From a virus (lineage: Duplodnaviria > Caudoviricetes), in the IMG/VR virus record IMGVR_UViG_3300025723_000069, positions 1 through 44,260 of that record: 44,260 bases of DNA. One strand, 5' to 3'. This document shows positions 32,101-40,900 of this stretch, in pieces. Position numbers and translations under genes: made by a program. Position 1 is the first letter of the stretch, and every line of letters starts with the position of its first letter. The notes below the pieces were generated by a model. It ran no database searches and was not told the DNA's origin. It saw nothing but the letters and a program-made list of their open reading frames with translations.

Positions 32101-35100
32101 TCCCTGTATTGCTACACCTTGAACACCTTGGAGTCCTTGAGTCCCCTGTGTTCCTTGGTTACCTTGTGTTCCTTGTAAGCCCTGTACACCTTGAAGTCCT
32201 TGGAGTCCTTGAGTCCCCTGTGTTCCTTGGTTACCTTGTGTTCCTTGTAAGCCCTGTACACCTTGATTGCCTTGGAGTCCTTGATTGCCTTGGAGTCCTT
32301 GAACGCCTTGACTACCAGTCTGACCTTGAGTACCTTGGAGTCCTTGGCTGCCAGTTTGACCTTGAGTACCTTGAACTCCCTGGATTCCTTTTTCGCCTTG
32401 TAGGCCTTGAACTCCCTGAATACCTTGACTTCCAATAAGTCCTTGTAGACCCTGAACACCCTGAGTACCAGTATTTCCAAGTCCTGAATAAGATCCAACA
32501 GTAGCAGTGGTAATAATAACAGCACCACCAATATAACCGGTATTTGCTACATATAATGCACCTCCGATACCAACACCGCCAGCAACAGTCAATGCACCTG
32601 TAGAGGTTGACGTTGCAGTAGTGGAACCAGTAACTGATATTGTATTTGCACTAATTGTTCCAGTAGCACTGATATTAGTAACACCGGTAATATTACTGCT
32701 ACCAGAACCAGTTATAACAATGGCATTAAATGTACCTGTACCACCGACATTTACATTACCGCCAATTCCTACACCACCAGCAACAGTTAAAGCTCCTGTT
32801 ATGGTGCTAACACTAGGTGTTGTATTGGTAATTGTGAATATGTCTGGTGATGTAACCAGTGTTTGAGTAACTGTTGTATAACTAACCGTCAACGTGGCAG
32901 CAGTAATATTACCGCCGACTACTAAATCTCCACCAATTCCAACTCCACCGGCAACTGTTAATGCACCTGTAGTAGTCGAAGTAGCGCTGGTAAAGTTATT
33001 AATGTTAACAGTAGCGGTAGTAGTTCCAGAAAATACGCCAGTTTGACCTTGAATACTGGTTCCTTGAACACCTTGACTACCAGCACTGCCTTGGGTTCCA
33101 ATTAATCCTTGAATACCCTGACTACCAGTCTGCCCTTGAGTACCTTGAACTCCTTGGATTCCTTTTTCGCCTTGCAGGCCTTGAACGCCTTGCAGGCCTT
33201 GAACGCCTTGATTTCCTAGTAATCCTTGCAAACCCTGAACGCCTTGAGTACCAGTATTACCAATTGATCCGCTGTAACCTTGTGTTCCTATTAATCCCTG
33301 AACACCTTGATTGCCCTGGAGTCCCTGTAGTCCTTGTGCACCTAATAATCCTTGAACACCTTGTAGTCCTTGTGTACCTAATAATCCTTGTGCTCCTGTG
33401 TGTCCTTGAACGCCTTGTAATCCCTGTGATCCTTGAACGCCTTGTAATCCCTGTGATCCTTGTAATCCCTGTGATCCTTGAACGCCTTGTGGACCAAGTC
33501 CGGCATATGTTCCAATAGTAGCAGTAGTAATGATTTTAGCACCATCAATATAACTAGTATCTGCTACATATAATGCACCTCCAATACCTACACCACCAGC
33601 AACGGTTAGCGCACCAGTTGTAGGTGATATAGAAGCAGTCGATGCTGTGACTATAATTCCAGGTGAAGATAAAGTATAAGCAGTATCATCCCAATAAAGT
33701 GATCCGTTTACATTGATGGGAACTGTATTATCATATGAATTTGCCATAGTAAGATAGAAATCACCACCAGCATTTCTATCTTCAATAGTTTGTTGCACAT
33801 AAACATTATTAGCGTTGGTTGCAGTTGTACTAGAAATACTACTACTTGCAACCCAAGTTGCTGTGGTTCCATCACTATATAAAACTGTTCCAAGACCACC
33901 GAGTGGTACAAATGACGTATGACCTGGTGCACTCTGTATAACTAAAGATCCTGCATCACCGCCCGCAATATTAGTAGCAGTATTACTACTTACTCCCAAT
34001 AATGAACCGTTGCTATATATGTTTCCGGCATATATATTGCCGCCAACTCCTAGACCACCTGCAACTGTTATAGCACCAGATGTTGTCGAAGTTGAATTTA
34101 TATTTGATTGAACAACTATCTTACCAGGTACTGTTAACTTTCCATCAGCACCATATGTAAGTGTTCCGCCATTGGTAACAAATTGAATAGTAGCGGTAGT
34201 TCCTTGAGTTTGTAATGTTAGTCCGGTACCGCCATCAACAGTAAGACTATGATTAACTCCACTTTCTTGTATATAGGAACCATAAGCCCAATTTAATCTA
34301 TTATCATTAGTAAGATTAATATTTCCAGTAATATTGGCATCACCACCAATATTGGTAGAGCCACCAATATTCAATGCACCACCAATACCGACACCACCAG
34401 CAACAACTAATGCACCACTGCTGGTACTATAGCTAACCATTGTATTGGTAATAGTGAATATGTCCGGAGATGTTACTAGTGTTTGGGTAATTGTTGTGTA
34501 CTGTATTGTTAGTTGTTGCGCAGTAATAGTACCGCCAACAAACAAATTACCACCAATACCTACACCACCACTAACTGTTAACGCACCAGTATTGGTAGAT
34601 GTTGTGGCAGTAGAGTTATTAATATTAACTGTGGCAGTAGTAGTTCCAGAGAATACACCAGTTTGACCTTGTAGTCCCTGAACACCTTGCAAGCCCTGAA
34701 CGCCTTGCAAGCCCTGAACGCCTTGACTGCCAATAGTGCCTTGAACACCTTGCACCCCTTGCAATCCCTGAGTACCTTGATTGCCTTGTAAACCTTGTAG
34801 GCCCTGAACACCCTGACTACCAACAGCACCTTGCAATCCCTGCACACCTTGTGTACCGGTTGTACCAATTGATCCGCCATAGCCCTGAACACCAAGTTGT
34901 CCTTGAACACCTTGATTTCCTTGTAAGCCCTGTAGGCCTTGAACACCTTGACTACCACCAGCACCCTGTAAGCCCTGAACACCCTGTGATCCGGTACCAC
35001 CTTGGACTCCTTGAGTCCCTTGTGATCCAATACTACCTTGAGTCCCTTGATTTCCTTGTAGGCCTTGAGTCCCTTGATTTCCTTGTAGTCCCTGCGAGCC

Positions 35101-36891
35101 AGTGCCACCCTGGATGCCTTGAACACCTTGTGTTCCTTGTGATCCAGTAACTCCTTGTGATCCAGTACTTCCTTGTACGCCCTGTGAACCAACACTGCCT
35201 TGAGTTCCTTGAACACCCTGTGCGCCTTGTAATCCTTGACTACCAATAGTTCCTTGCAATCCCTGTACGCCTTGCGGACCCAGTCCTGCATAAGTTCCAA
35301 TGGTTGCGGTGGTAACAATTACTGCACCACCAATGTAACTAGTATTGGCTATATATACAGTACCGCCGATTCCGACTCCGCCCGCAACAGTTAGAGCACC
35401 GGTAGCAGTTGATGTTGCTGTTGTAATGCTAGTAACTGATATAGTATTTGCACTAATTGTTCCTGTGGCAGAAATATTAGTAACACCTGTGATGTTACTA
35501 CTACCAGATCCTGTGATGACAATAGCATTGAATGTACCAGTGCCGCCAACATTGACATTTCCGCCAATTCCTACACCACCCGCAACAGTTAAAGCACCCG
35601 TTGTAGTACTAATACTTTGAGTAGTGTTGGTTATGGTGAATATGTCTGGAGATGTTACCAGTGTTTGGGTAATTGTTGTGTACTGAATAGTTAGTTGTTG
35701 AGCAGTGATACTACCCCCGACTACTAAATTACCACCAATTCCTACTCCGCCGACTACTGTTAATGCACCAGTTGATGTACTTGTTGCACTGGTAGAATTA
35801 TCGATATTAACTGTACTTGTGGTCGTCCCGGAAAAAATACCGGTTTGCCCTTGAATACCTTGAACACCCTGGGTTCCTTGTGATCCAGAAACACCCTGTG
35901 ATCCAGTAACACCTTGTATACCTTGTGTTCCTTGCACCCCTTGCAAGCCCTGAACGCCTTGGAGACCTTGCAACCCCTGTAAGCCCTGAACGCCTTGGTT
36001 ACCTTGAAGTCCTTGAACACCCTGGGTTCCTTGTGTACCAGTTGTACCAATTGATCCCCCATAACCTTGAACACCGATTTGTCCTTGAACACCCTGGTTG
36101 CCTTGCAAACCCTGTGTTCCCTGAATGCCTTGTAAGCCCTGAACACCTTGATTGCCTTGAAGTCCTTGAACACCCTGTGTTCCAAGTTGCCCCTGTACAC
36201 CTTGCGAGCCAGTACCGCCTTGCACACCTTGAACCCCTTGAGTGCCTTGTGCACCAATCGCACCTTGCACACCTTGGGTGCCTTGAACACCTTGATTGCC
36301 TTGCAAGCCCTGGAGACCTTGGGCGCCTTGTGTTCCTTGACTACCAATAACACCTTGAGTGCCTTGATTACCTTGAAGTCCTTGGACTCCCTGAACACCT
36401 TGGGTACCTGTATTACCAATTAATCCTTGAACACCCTGTGTTCCTTGACTACCGACTTGACCTTGTGTTCCTTGGACTCCCTGAACACCTTGCGATCCAA
36501 TAGCACTTTGGACTCCTTGACTACCAATACCGCCTTGTGTGCCTTGCAGTCCTTGAGCTCCTTGACTACCAGTACCGCCTTGAGCTCCTTGGACACCCTG
36601 AGGACCTAGACCTGCATAAGAACTAATTGTAGCTGTGGTGATGATTGTTGCACCAGCAATAGTACTGGTTTGAGCAATATTGACTGCTCCACCAATTCCA
36701 ACACCACCAGCAACTACTAATGCCCCAGTTTGAGTATTAGTGCTGGGTGTAGTGTTTAAGACATTTAAATAATTTGTGGCTGTAACAGTTCCAGCTACCC
36801 TTGTCCACGCACTGGCACTAGAACTATAGGTATATGTAATGCCGTTTAATACTGCCGTTTGGCCATTGATAGGGTTACTTGGAAAGCTCAT
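23140..36891 (-). CDS. Giant fibre protein (4583 aa) with six Gly-X-Gln collagen blocks and Thr/Gly-rich repeats
   Basis: Single ORF; starts MSFPSNPING and ends AAAAAMAIALGM; many STxTGALxVxGGVGIGG units. Confidence 0.9.
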   Translation of the reverse strand: MSFPSNPINGQTAVLNGITYTYSSSASAWTRVAGTVTATNYLNVLNTTPSTNTQTGALVVAGGVGIGGAVNIAQTSTIAGATIITTATISSYAGLGPQGVQGAQGGTGSQGAQGLQGTQGGIGSQGVQSAIGSQGVQGVQGTQGQVGSQGTQGVQGLIGNTGTQGVQGVQGLQGNQGTQGVIGSQGTQGAQGLQGLQGNQGVQGTQGVQGAIGAQGTQGVQGVQGGTGSQGVQGQLGTQGVQGLQGNQGVQGLQGIQGTQGLQGNQGVQGQIGVQGYGGSIGTTGTQGTQGVQGLQGNQGVQGLQGLQGLQGVQGLQGVQGTQGIQGVTGSQGVSGSQGTQGVQGIQGQTGIFSGTTTSTVNIDNSTSATSTSTGALTVVGGVGIGGNLVVGGSITAQQLTIQYTTITQTLVTSPDIFTITNTTQSISTTTGALTVAGGVGIGGNVNVGGTGTFNAIVITGSGSSNITGVTNISATGTISANTISVTSITTATSTATGALTVAGGVGIGGTVYIANTSYIGGAVIVTTATIGTYAGLGPQGVQGLQGTIGSQGLQGAQGVQGTQGSVGSQGVQGSTGSQGVTGSQGTQGVQGIQGGTGSQGLQGNQGTQGLQGNQGTQGSIGSQGTQGVQGGTGSQGVQGLQGAGGSQGVQGLQGLQGNQGVQGQLGVQGYGGSIGTTGTQGVQGLQGAVGSQGVQGLQGLQGNQGTQGLQGVQGVQGTIGSQGVQGLQGVQGLQGVQGLQGQTGVFSGTTTATVNINNSTATTSTNTGALTVSGGVGIGGNLFVGGTITAQQLTIQYTTITQTLVTSPDIFTITNTMVSYSTSSGALVVAGGVGIGGALNIGGSTNIGGDANITGNINLTNDNRLNWAYGSYIQESGVNHSLTVDGGTGLTLQTQGTTATIQFVTNGGTLTYGADGKLTVPGKIVVQSNINSTSTTSGAITVAGGLGVGGNIYAGNIYSNGSLLGVSSNTATNIAGGDAGSLVIQSAPGHTSFVPLGGLGTVLYSDGTTATWVASSSISSTTATNANNVYVQQTIEDRNAGGDFYLTMANSYDNTVPINVNGSLYWDDTAYTLSSPGIIVTASTASISPTTGALTVAGGVGIGGALYVADTSYIDGAKIITTATIGTYAGLGPQGVQGSQGLQGSQGLQGVQGSQGLQGVQGHTGAQGLLGTQGLQGVQGLLGAQGLQGLQGNQGVQGLIGTQGYSGSIGNTGTQGVQGLQGLLGNQGVQGLQGVQGLQGEKGIQGVQGTQGQTGSQGIQGLIGTQGSAGSQGVQGTSIQGQTGVFSGTTTATVNINNFTSATSTTTGALTVAGGVGIGGDLVVGGNITAATLTVSYTTVTQTLVTSPDIFTITNTTPSVSTITGALTVAGGVGIGGNVNVGGTGTFNAIVITGSGSSNITGVTNISATGTISANTISVTGSTTATSTSTGALTVAGGVGIGGALYVANTGYIGGAVIITTATVGSYSGLGNTGTQGVQGLQGLIGSQGIQGVQGLQGEKGIQGVQGTQGQTGSQGLQGTQGQTGSQGVQGLQGNQGLQGNQGVQGLQGTQGNQGTQGTQGLQGLQGVQGLQGTQGNQGTQGTQGLQGVQGVAIQGTQGLQGNQGVQGLQGVQGLQGQTGIFSGTTTATVNINNNTQSTNTTSGALTVAGGVGVGGNIYAAGSLNASALTITENGTGNQYALTLKGSGSGDQWAFTVGSSAGNNNITSLNSAGSTYAPFSMNGSSFTIGTVGAGATSSLVINNSGNVNVVANIVSTSTTSGSLTVAGGVGIGGALYAGATSYVAGSQILTTATIGTFGVASITAGTDISVNTNTGIVTISNTSTLQTITGRGATTTNAINITNATASTGTTNGALTVSGGVGVGGNLNVGGNITATNISITGNINAGSYITAANGLYATNTFTGAYTDGIVVDYVTGLGRISVGPDDQLSLYAGGPNTTLLATFSTGTTTINSTATASSTATGALTVKGGVGIGGALYAGGGIQNTQIGNIVASTGTFTTLIASGNLILGANQYIYSGGVNRNVNNYTLQVTNNNTIVNAPGLSGQTILGAGGTQIAYASIYGFNVNNIGTASTASGGLQSFQVAGGGMAVAGDSAVSGNLAVNNGTLYVTNTTSATSTTTGALQVFGGAAVSGNLYVGGAIVANQLTVQYTTITQTTVVSPDIFTITNTTQSISTTTGALTVSGGVGIGGNLNVSNTVITSGVNATTSTNGSLTVVGGAGIGQDLYVGGGITATNATVNTLYIIGHGYIGANEIVTTATVGGYSGQGQQGLQGLQGVQGTQGLQGNQGTQGSQGLQGNQGLQGAQGVQGLQGDIGSQGVQGPQGRSGSQGLQGLQGLLGAQGLQGLQGLQGQLGSQGLQGLQGVQGVQGVALQGTQGLQGIQGPQGVQGLQGFVGGIGGQGLQGLQGVQGPQGLQGQTGSQGLQGLQGTQGTQGAQGLQGLQGTQGVQGLQGNQGTQGTQGLQGNQGTQGVQGLQGAQGLQGTQGLQGQTGFFSGTTTSTVNINNSTISTSTNSGALTVVGGVGIGGNLYVGGTITANQLTVQYTTITQTLVTSPDIFTITNTTQSISTTTGALTVAGGVGIGGNLYVANTGYIGGAVILTTATVGAYGGTGTQGVQGTQGSGSQGTQGTQGLQGQTGSQGTQGLQGQTGSQGTQGLQGQTGSQGTQGLQGGNGIQGTQGQTGSQGVQGVQGISGFTGSTGTQGIQGLQGQTGSQGVQGLQGLQGQAGFVGGTGTQGVQGVQGLQGIQGLIGSQGIQGVQGVSIQGTQGLQGNQGTQGVQGLQGLAGNTGTFSGITGGTVNFTNTSQSTSTTTGALTVAGGVGIGGNLYVGGSITAASLTVSYTTVTQTLVTSPDIFTITNTTPSIDTASGALVVAGGVGIGGNINVGGTGTFNAIVITGSGSSNITGVTNISATGTITANTIFVTSSTQSTSTNTGALIITGGVGVGGNLNVSGNIYSGGNLLGASSNTTTNIAGGAAGSIPIQSGTGTTAFIPIGLNNYVLTSNGSTATWQPLAGVSAGTATNTIYVQTQAQFAAGTYYPVFVNANNNTANYQAEYTTSSFTINPATGLVTVAGTGYFSGTATSTSTTTGALTVAGGVGIGSNLYVGGTGTFAAISITGSGGSNITGVGSINATGTIIANAISVTGTATSTSTITGALVVTGGVGIGGNVYIANTSYIAGAQIITTATIGNYAAGGGSSTGTASIFNITNTTSSTSTTTGALIVAGGVGIGGNLNLAGTLAINTLTITGGGGAISNVTAIFSSGTIYASTVTVTSLANSTSTTTGAVTVAGGLGIGGNLFVGGSLFVAGGSILSTATIFSLVNPYVAAGILAGTDTSVFTSTNGVYIANSSTLQTITNRGSTTTNAINITNTSTSTTSTNGALVVAGGLGVGGNIYSGGVISAVGTGSFSTVNIVGANGNIAGVNSLFATGTIQAGVINLAGTVTSTSTTTGAITVPGGVGIGGALNVGSSATIGGSLTVVGTISVQGQAFITSATIQSYINPVTTGTTSTFIISNTTPSTSTVTGALVVAGGVGIGQNLYVYGAETNNTLTVLTTASILSTNVSTSTYTGALIVAGGVGIGGSLYAANTGSFGTVIVVGTGGSITGVNSVFATGTVATSILTASSSATSTSTTTGAVIVTGGVGIGGNLNVGGSTSTFSGSVTINNTLTINGQLIVGGAALITTATVGTVISSALTATTSTLVISNITQSTGTNSGALQVTGGVGIGGNLYVGNFGSFNTLTVLTTASILGTNVSTSTYTGALVVAGGVGIGGNLYVANTGSFAQVSIVGYGGSITGVNNIFATGTVTAPVLLATSSATSTSTTTGAVIVTGGVGIGGNLNVGGSTSTFSGSVTINNTLTINGQLIVGGAALITTATVGTVISAALTATTSTFVINNTTQSTSTNTGAFQVTGGVGIGGNIYIGGAETNNTLTVLTTASILGTNVSTSTYTGALIVAGGVGIGGSLYAANTGSFGTVVVVGTGGSITGVNNIFATGTVTAPVLLATSSATSTSTLTGAVIVTGGVGIGGNLNVGGSTSTFGGSVTVNNVLTVGGSIILAGAALITTATVGSYIATALTATTATFVINNTTQSTSTNTGAFQTTGGVGIGGNLYVGNFGSFNTLTVLTTASILGTNVSTSTYTGALVVAGGVGIGGSLYAANTGSFGTVVIVGTGGSITGVNNIFSTGTITAPVLLATSSATSTSSLTGAVIVTGGVGIGGNLNVANSGTFGGSLTVTNILTVGGSIILAGAALVTTATVNTYVAAALTATTATVLISNITQSTGTTTGALQVTGGVGIGGNIYIGGAATNNTLTVLTTATILGTNISTSTYTGALIVAGGIGVNGSIYAANTGSFATVNITGNGGSISGVYNIYATGTVYAAAYNLNTTATFAISNTTSSTSTTTGALTVAGGVGIAGNLYVAGGITAQQLTILYTTITQTTVVTPDIFTITNTTQSIGTYSGALTVAGGVGIAGNLYASNIYTNGAQILPTTIQEFTMLQGQSTCTVAGGFVANQLQVFANGVLLNSGDYNASTSPYVVLNTARNAGDVIRIVASQNFAQAISQTAAAAAMAIALGM
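23880..26290 (-). repeat. 573-bp (191-aa) tandem repeat, a little over four units
   Basis: Anchor ttagaactgt recurs at 24498, 25071, 25644 and 26217 (period 573), with a diverged copy at 23928 (570). Confidence 0.9.
28519..36606 (-). repeat. Six collagen-like (Gly-X-Gln)n blocks: 28519-29052, 29416-30087, 32032-32478, 33040-33495, 34660-35280, 35842-36606
   Basis: 9-bp periodic ccttg/ccctg pattern translating to GLQ, GVQ, GTQ, GNQ and GSQ. Confidence 0.95.
28883..29004. repeat. Perfect 36-bp tandem repeat x3 plus a partial copy
   Basis: ccttgcgtaccttgactaccagtttgcccctgtagt at 28883, 28919 and 28955. Confidence 0.95.
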
Positions 36892-36897
36892 AATATG

Positions 36898-36903
36898 TAT
36901 TTA
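36898..36903 (-). promoter_or_regulatory. Putative late promoter TAAATA
   Basis: 6 nt upstream of the ATG at 36891, no SD. Confidence 0.7.
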
Positions 36904-36946
36904 CCGTTCTTGAAAAGATACGGTTATGTTTGCAATTTGCCGTATT

Positions 36947-37909
36947 TTATGGCGAACCTACGCAGGTACTTGGGAATTGTCGATTTCTGCCTGGCCATAA
37001 AATACGGACTGCTCCGCCCCCTCCTGAACCTGAGTAAAAACATTGAGAAGCACCATAAGCATATCCATAACCACCGGCACCTCCACCATAAAGGCCGCCG
37101 CCGGCATTTCCTTGTGCACCATTACAACAACCGTGGCCATTACCCCATTGTCCGCTGCCGCCGCCGCTCCCCCCTCCGCCTGGGGCAGCAACATAATAAG
37201 GAGCAGATGTTGCGTGAGTTCCTCCACTACCATTGCCGCCTTGGCCATATATACCCACACCGCCACCGGAAGAATGTTTTGTTATCCCTCCTACACCGGC
37301 TGCACCACCGCCACCGCCACTTCCTGAACAACCATCCGTAGGGGCCCAGTGTGCATTACCGCCATTTCCACTATACCCACCTGCTCCAGCACCACCAGAA
37401 CCATAGGCGGGATACCCCCCAATTCCAATTACACTTCCTCCACAGCCGCCACCTGAACCTGCATAGGTTCCGCCTGTAGAACAAAATCTTGCCTGGCAAC
37501 CGTATGTACCGCCTTGCCCACCACCGCCTAATACAACACCGCTAGATACAAAATAACTACAACCGCCAGAATTTCCACGCTGATTTCCGCCAGTACCTGT
37601 AAATCTAGCCCCGCCGGCACCGACAACAACTGTATATCCAGTACCAGCAGATACACCATAGTTGTTTATATATCCTAAACCACCACCAGCACCGCCACCA
37701 GCACCATTGCAACACCCAGCATAACCTGAATGTCCATTAGCACCACCACCTCCAACTGCTACTACAGATACTCTGTTAACTCCATAGGGAGCTATCCAAG
37801 TATAACTACCCGGAGTTGTGAATGATTGAGAATTTGAAGGAGCTATCCAAGGAGAAGCATGACCTAGCGATCTAGTTGATGCTCCCCCAAGTGTTAGATT
37901 TGTTGGCAT
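36947..37909 (-). CDS. Glycine- and cysteine-rich protein (putative fibre tip/adhesin)
   Basis: SD AAGGAG; FTTPGSYTWIAP.GV..VSVVAVGGGG..GGGGAVRILWPG; two GCCNG motifs. Confidence 0.8.
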   Translation of the reverse strand: MPTNLTLGGASTRSLGHASPWIAPSNSQSFTTPGSYTWIAPYGVNRVSVVAVGGGGANGHSGYAGCCNGAGGGAGGGLGYINNYGVSAGTGYTVVVGAGGARFTGTGGNQRGNSGGCSYFVSSGVVLGGGGQGGTYGCQARFCSTGGTYAGSGGGCGGSVIGIGGYPAYGSGGAGAGGYSGNGGNAHWAPTDGCSGSGGGGGAAGVGGITKHSSGGGVGIYGQGGNGSGGTHATSAPYYVAAPGGGGSGGGSGQWGNGHGCCNGAQGNAGGGLYGGGAGGYGYAYGASQCFYSGSGGGGAVRILWPGRNRQFPSTCVGSP

Positions 37910-37920
37910 TTATAATCTCC

Positions 37921-40900
37921 TTAAAACTGTGCTAAAGATGCTAGTACAGTATAAGCAGGTGTTGCCGCAGTTTTAATGATAGTATACGTATACGAGTCAA
38001 TTCCATTTATATATCCACTAGATGGAGCTGATCCGCCTTGCCAATAAACAGTAACATTACTCGACGAACCATCAATTGTTAATGTACCATTCATATAGTA
38101 AGCAGGTGATCCCTGTTTAGCAAGAATGGCAATACTTGCTGATTGTCCAACTGCAAGAACAGAATTTAATGTAACACCAGAACTGTATGTTAAATTCTGT
38201 GTCCAGTTAGCACCAGCATTGCTTGTATAGTATGTAACGGCTCCAGGAGTAAAGTAAGCTGTTGGAGTTGAGTTAACTGCACCGGCAATCACATTCACTG
38301 TTTCGTAGATGTTAGATATTGCCAGCGTTCCGCCAACACTTAAATTACCGCCAATACCAGCACCACCAGTTACAGTCAATGCACCAGTATTAGTACTTGT
38401 ACTTGCTGTTGCACTTGTAATGTTAACAGCGTTTGACACGGTGCCACCAGTAAATGATGCACCACCGCCTCCAGCATTGGCTATGGTAGGACCTGTAATG
38501 TCTAACCAATAAGAATTAGTACCATCGCTGGTATATCTGTAGATATCATCAGTTAATGTATCATACCAAATATCACCAACTGTGGCATTTGCAGGTGCAG
38601 TACTTGTACTCGACGACCGTACACCGCCACCAACAATAGTACCACCAATATTTAAGTTACCGCCTATACCAACCCCGCCTGCAACAGTCAACGCACCTGT
38701 TCCAGTACCTAAACTCTGTGTAGTATTGGTAATTGTGAATATGTCTGGCGAAGTAACTAAAGTTTGTGTAACCGTAGTATAGCTTACTGTTAATGTCGCC
38801 GCTGTGATATTACCGCCAACAACTAAATCTCCGCCAATTCCAACACCACCTGTGATTCGTAATGCACCTGTATTTGTTGAAGTTGCGGCAACTGCAGATG
38901 TTACAACAACACTACCGGATCCTTTTGGAGTAACAACAATATTAACACTAGCATCAGTACCAGTAGAACCTAATATTGCACCACTACCACTTGCGGCACC
39001 TGCTACGGTTATATAGTTTGTATTGCCTGCTTGTTGTGTGTTAAGAACTTGGAAGTTTGTTGCAACACCCGGAGTAGCACTGGTACTGCCGTTGAATGTA
39101 ATATTACCAGATCCGCCACCACCGATAATTAATCCTGTTGTAGATTCACCACCGGCTCTAATTACACCGTTACCGCCTGTACCTGCACCAATTAATTGTA
39201 CATAGTTAGCGTTGTTAGCACCAGCTGTTAGTGTACTGCCGGCATATAATTGACCGCCAACTCCAGCACCACCAGCAACAACTAACCCACCTGTAGTAGT
39301 TGAACTAGCGGCTATTGTTGAATTAATCGAAAGTTGACCAACAAATGTTGAACTATTTCCAACATTTAATGTACCGCCAATATTACCATTTCCAGCAACA
39401 CCTAGTCCACCAGCAATAGTTAATGCACCAGTTGTTGTACTTGTACTGGCCAAAGTTGAAGTTATGCTAACTTGTGATTGGAATGTTGAAGTATTTCCAA
39501 CATACAAACTACCACCAATACCTGCACCACCTGCTACAATTAATCCACCAGAATTAGTGCTAGTACTAGCAGTTGTTCCTGTGCTGTAAATTGCCACAGC
39601 ACTCAAATATCCGTTGGTATTAGATATTAACAATCCGCCAACATCGAGTGTACCACTACTGACATATAGAGTTTTAAATCTCTTTGTAGGTGATCCTAAG
39701 CTGTATGTATCGCTTACAGTAGGCAGTAGATCTCCACCTAATGTCAGTGTGTTATTAATACTGACTAAACCACCAATATTAACATTGCCACCAATTCCAA
39801 CACCGCCTGTAACAACCAATGCGCCTGTTGTAGTCGAAGTTGACTGTGCACCTGAAACAATTGAAGTAGTACCAGTACTAAACGTTGCCAATAAAGTACC
39901 AGCAGGGCCACCTGAGTAGAATGATAATTGATCATCTGGGCCAACACTAACACGACCACGTCCAGTAGCATAATCAACAATAATACCATCACTATAAGTT
40001 CCAGTGAACGTATTAATTGAGTAGAAACCATTATTTGCAGTTACATATCCGCCAACATTAATAGCCCCGCCAATTCCTACACCGCCAACTACTTGTAATG
40101 CACCAGAATTAGTTGATGTTGAAATTGTACCATTGGAAATTACTAGATTACCACTATCGAATCCGCCACCGGATAACAATGTTAATGATGTAGCAGTAAT
40201 TGCTCCACCAACATATAATCCACCGCCAACACCAACTCCACCTGTAACAGTTAATGCACCGGTGTTAGTTGATGCAGTACCAGTTCCACTTTGTACTGCT
40301 AATGTTCCTTGATCTGTTTCGCTACTTGTTAAGACGATTGATGTAGCAGTAATTACTCCACCAACAACTAATCCTCCACCAATTCCAACTCCACCACTAA
40401 CAGTTAATGCACCAGAACTAGTTGATGCAGAACCAGTAAAGTTATTGATATTAACAGTAGCTGTAGTTGTTCCAGAGAATACACCAGTTTGTCCTTGTAA
40501 GCCTTGGACACCTTGTAAGCCCTGAACCCCTTGATTGCCTTGTAAACCCTGTGTTCCTTGTATTGATACACCCTGGACACCCTGGACACCTTGCAATCCC
40601 TGAACACCTTGGTTACCTTGTAAGCCCTGTGTTCCCTGAGTACCTTGCAATCCCTGAACACCTTGGTTGCCTTGAAGTCCCTGAGTACCTTGAAGTCCTT
40701 GAACTCCCTGTAGTCCCTGAGCACCTTGTAGGCCTTGGGTTCCTTGAACACCTTGTAAGCCCTGCAAACCCTGAATACCTTGTGGGCCTAGGCTAGCGTA
40801 TACACCAATCGTAGCAGTGGTTAAGATTACTGCTCCAGCAACATAGCTGGTAGTATTGACGTATAATGCACCACCGATACCAACACCACCAGCAACAGTC

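Noticed and set aside
36912-36948. Possible terminator (ATACGG..CCGTAT then TCTTTT on the minus strand)
   Set aside because: Only a 6-bp perfect stem with a 16-nt loop; too weak to call.
36859-37341. His/Arg-rich 160-aa plus-strand ORF
   Set aside because: Antisense translation of the glycine codons of 36947..37909.
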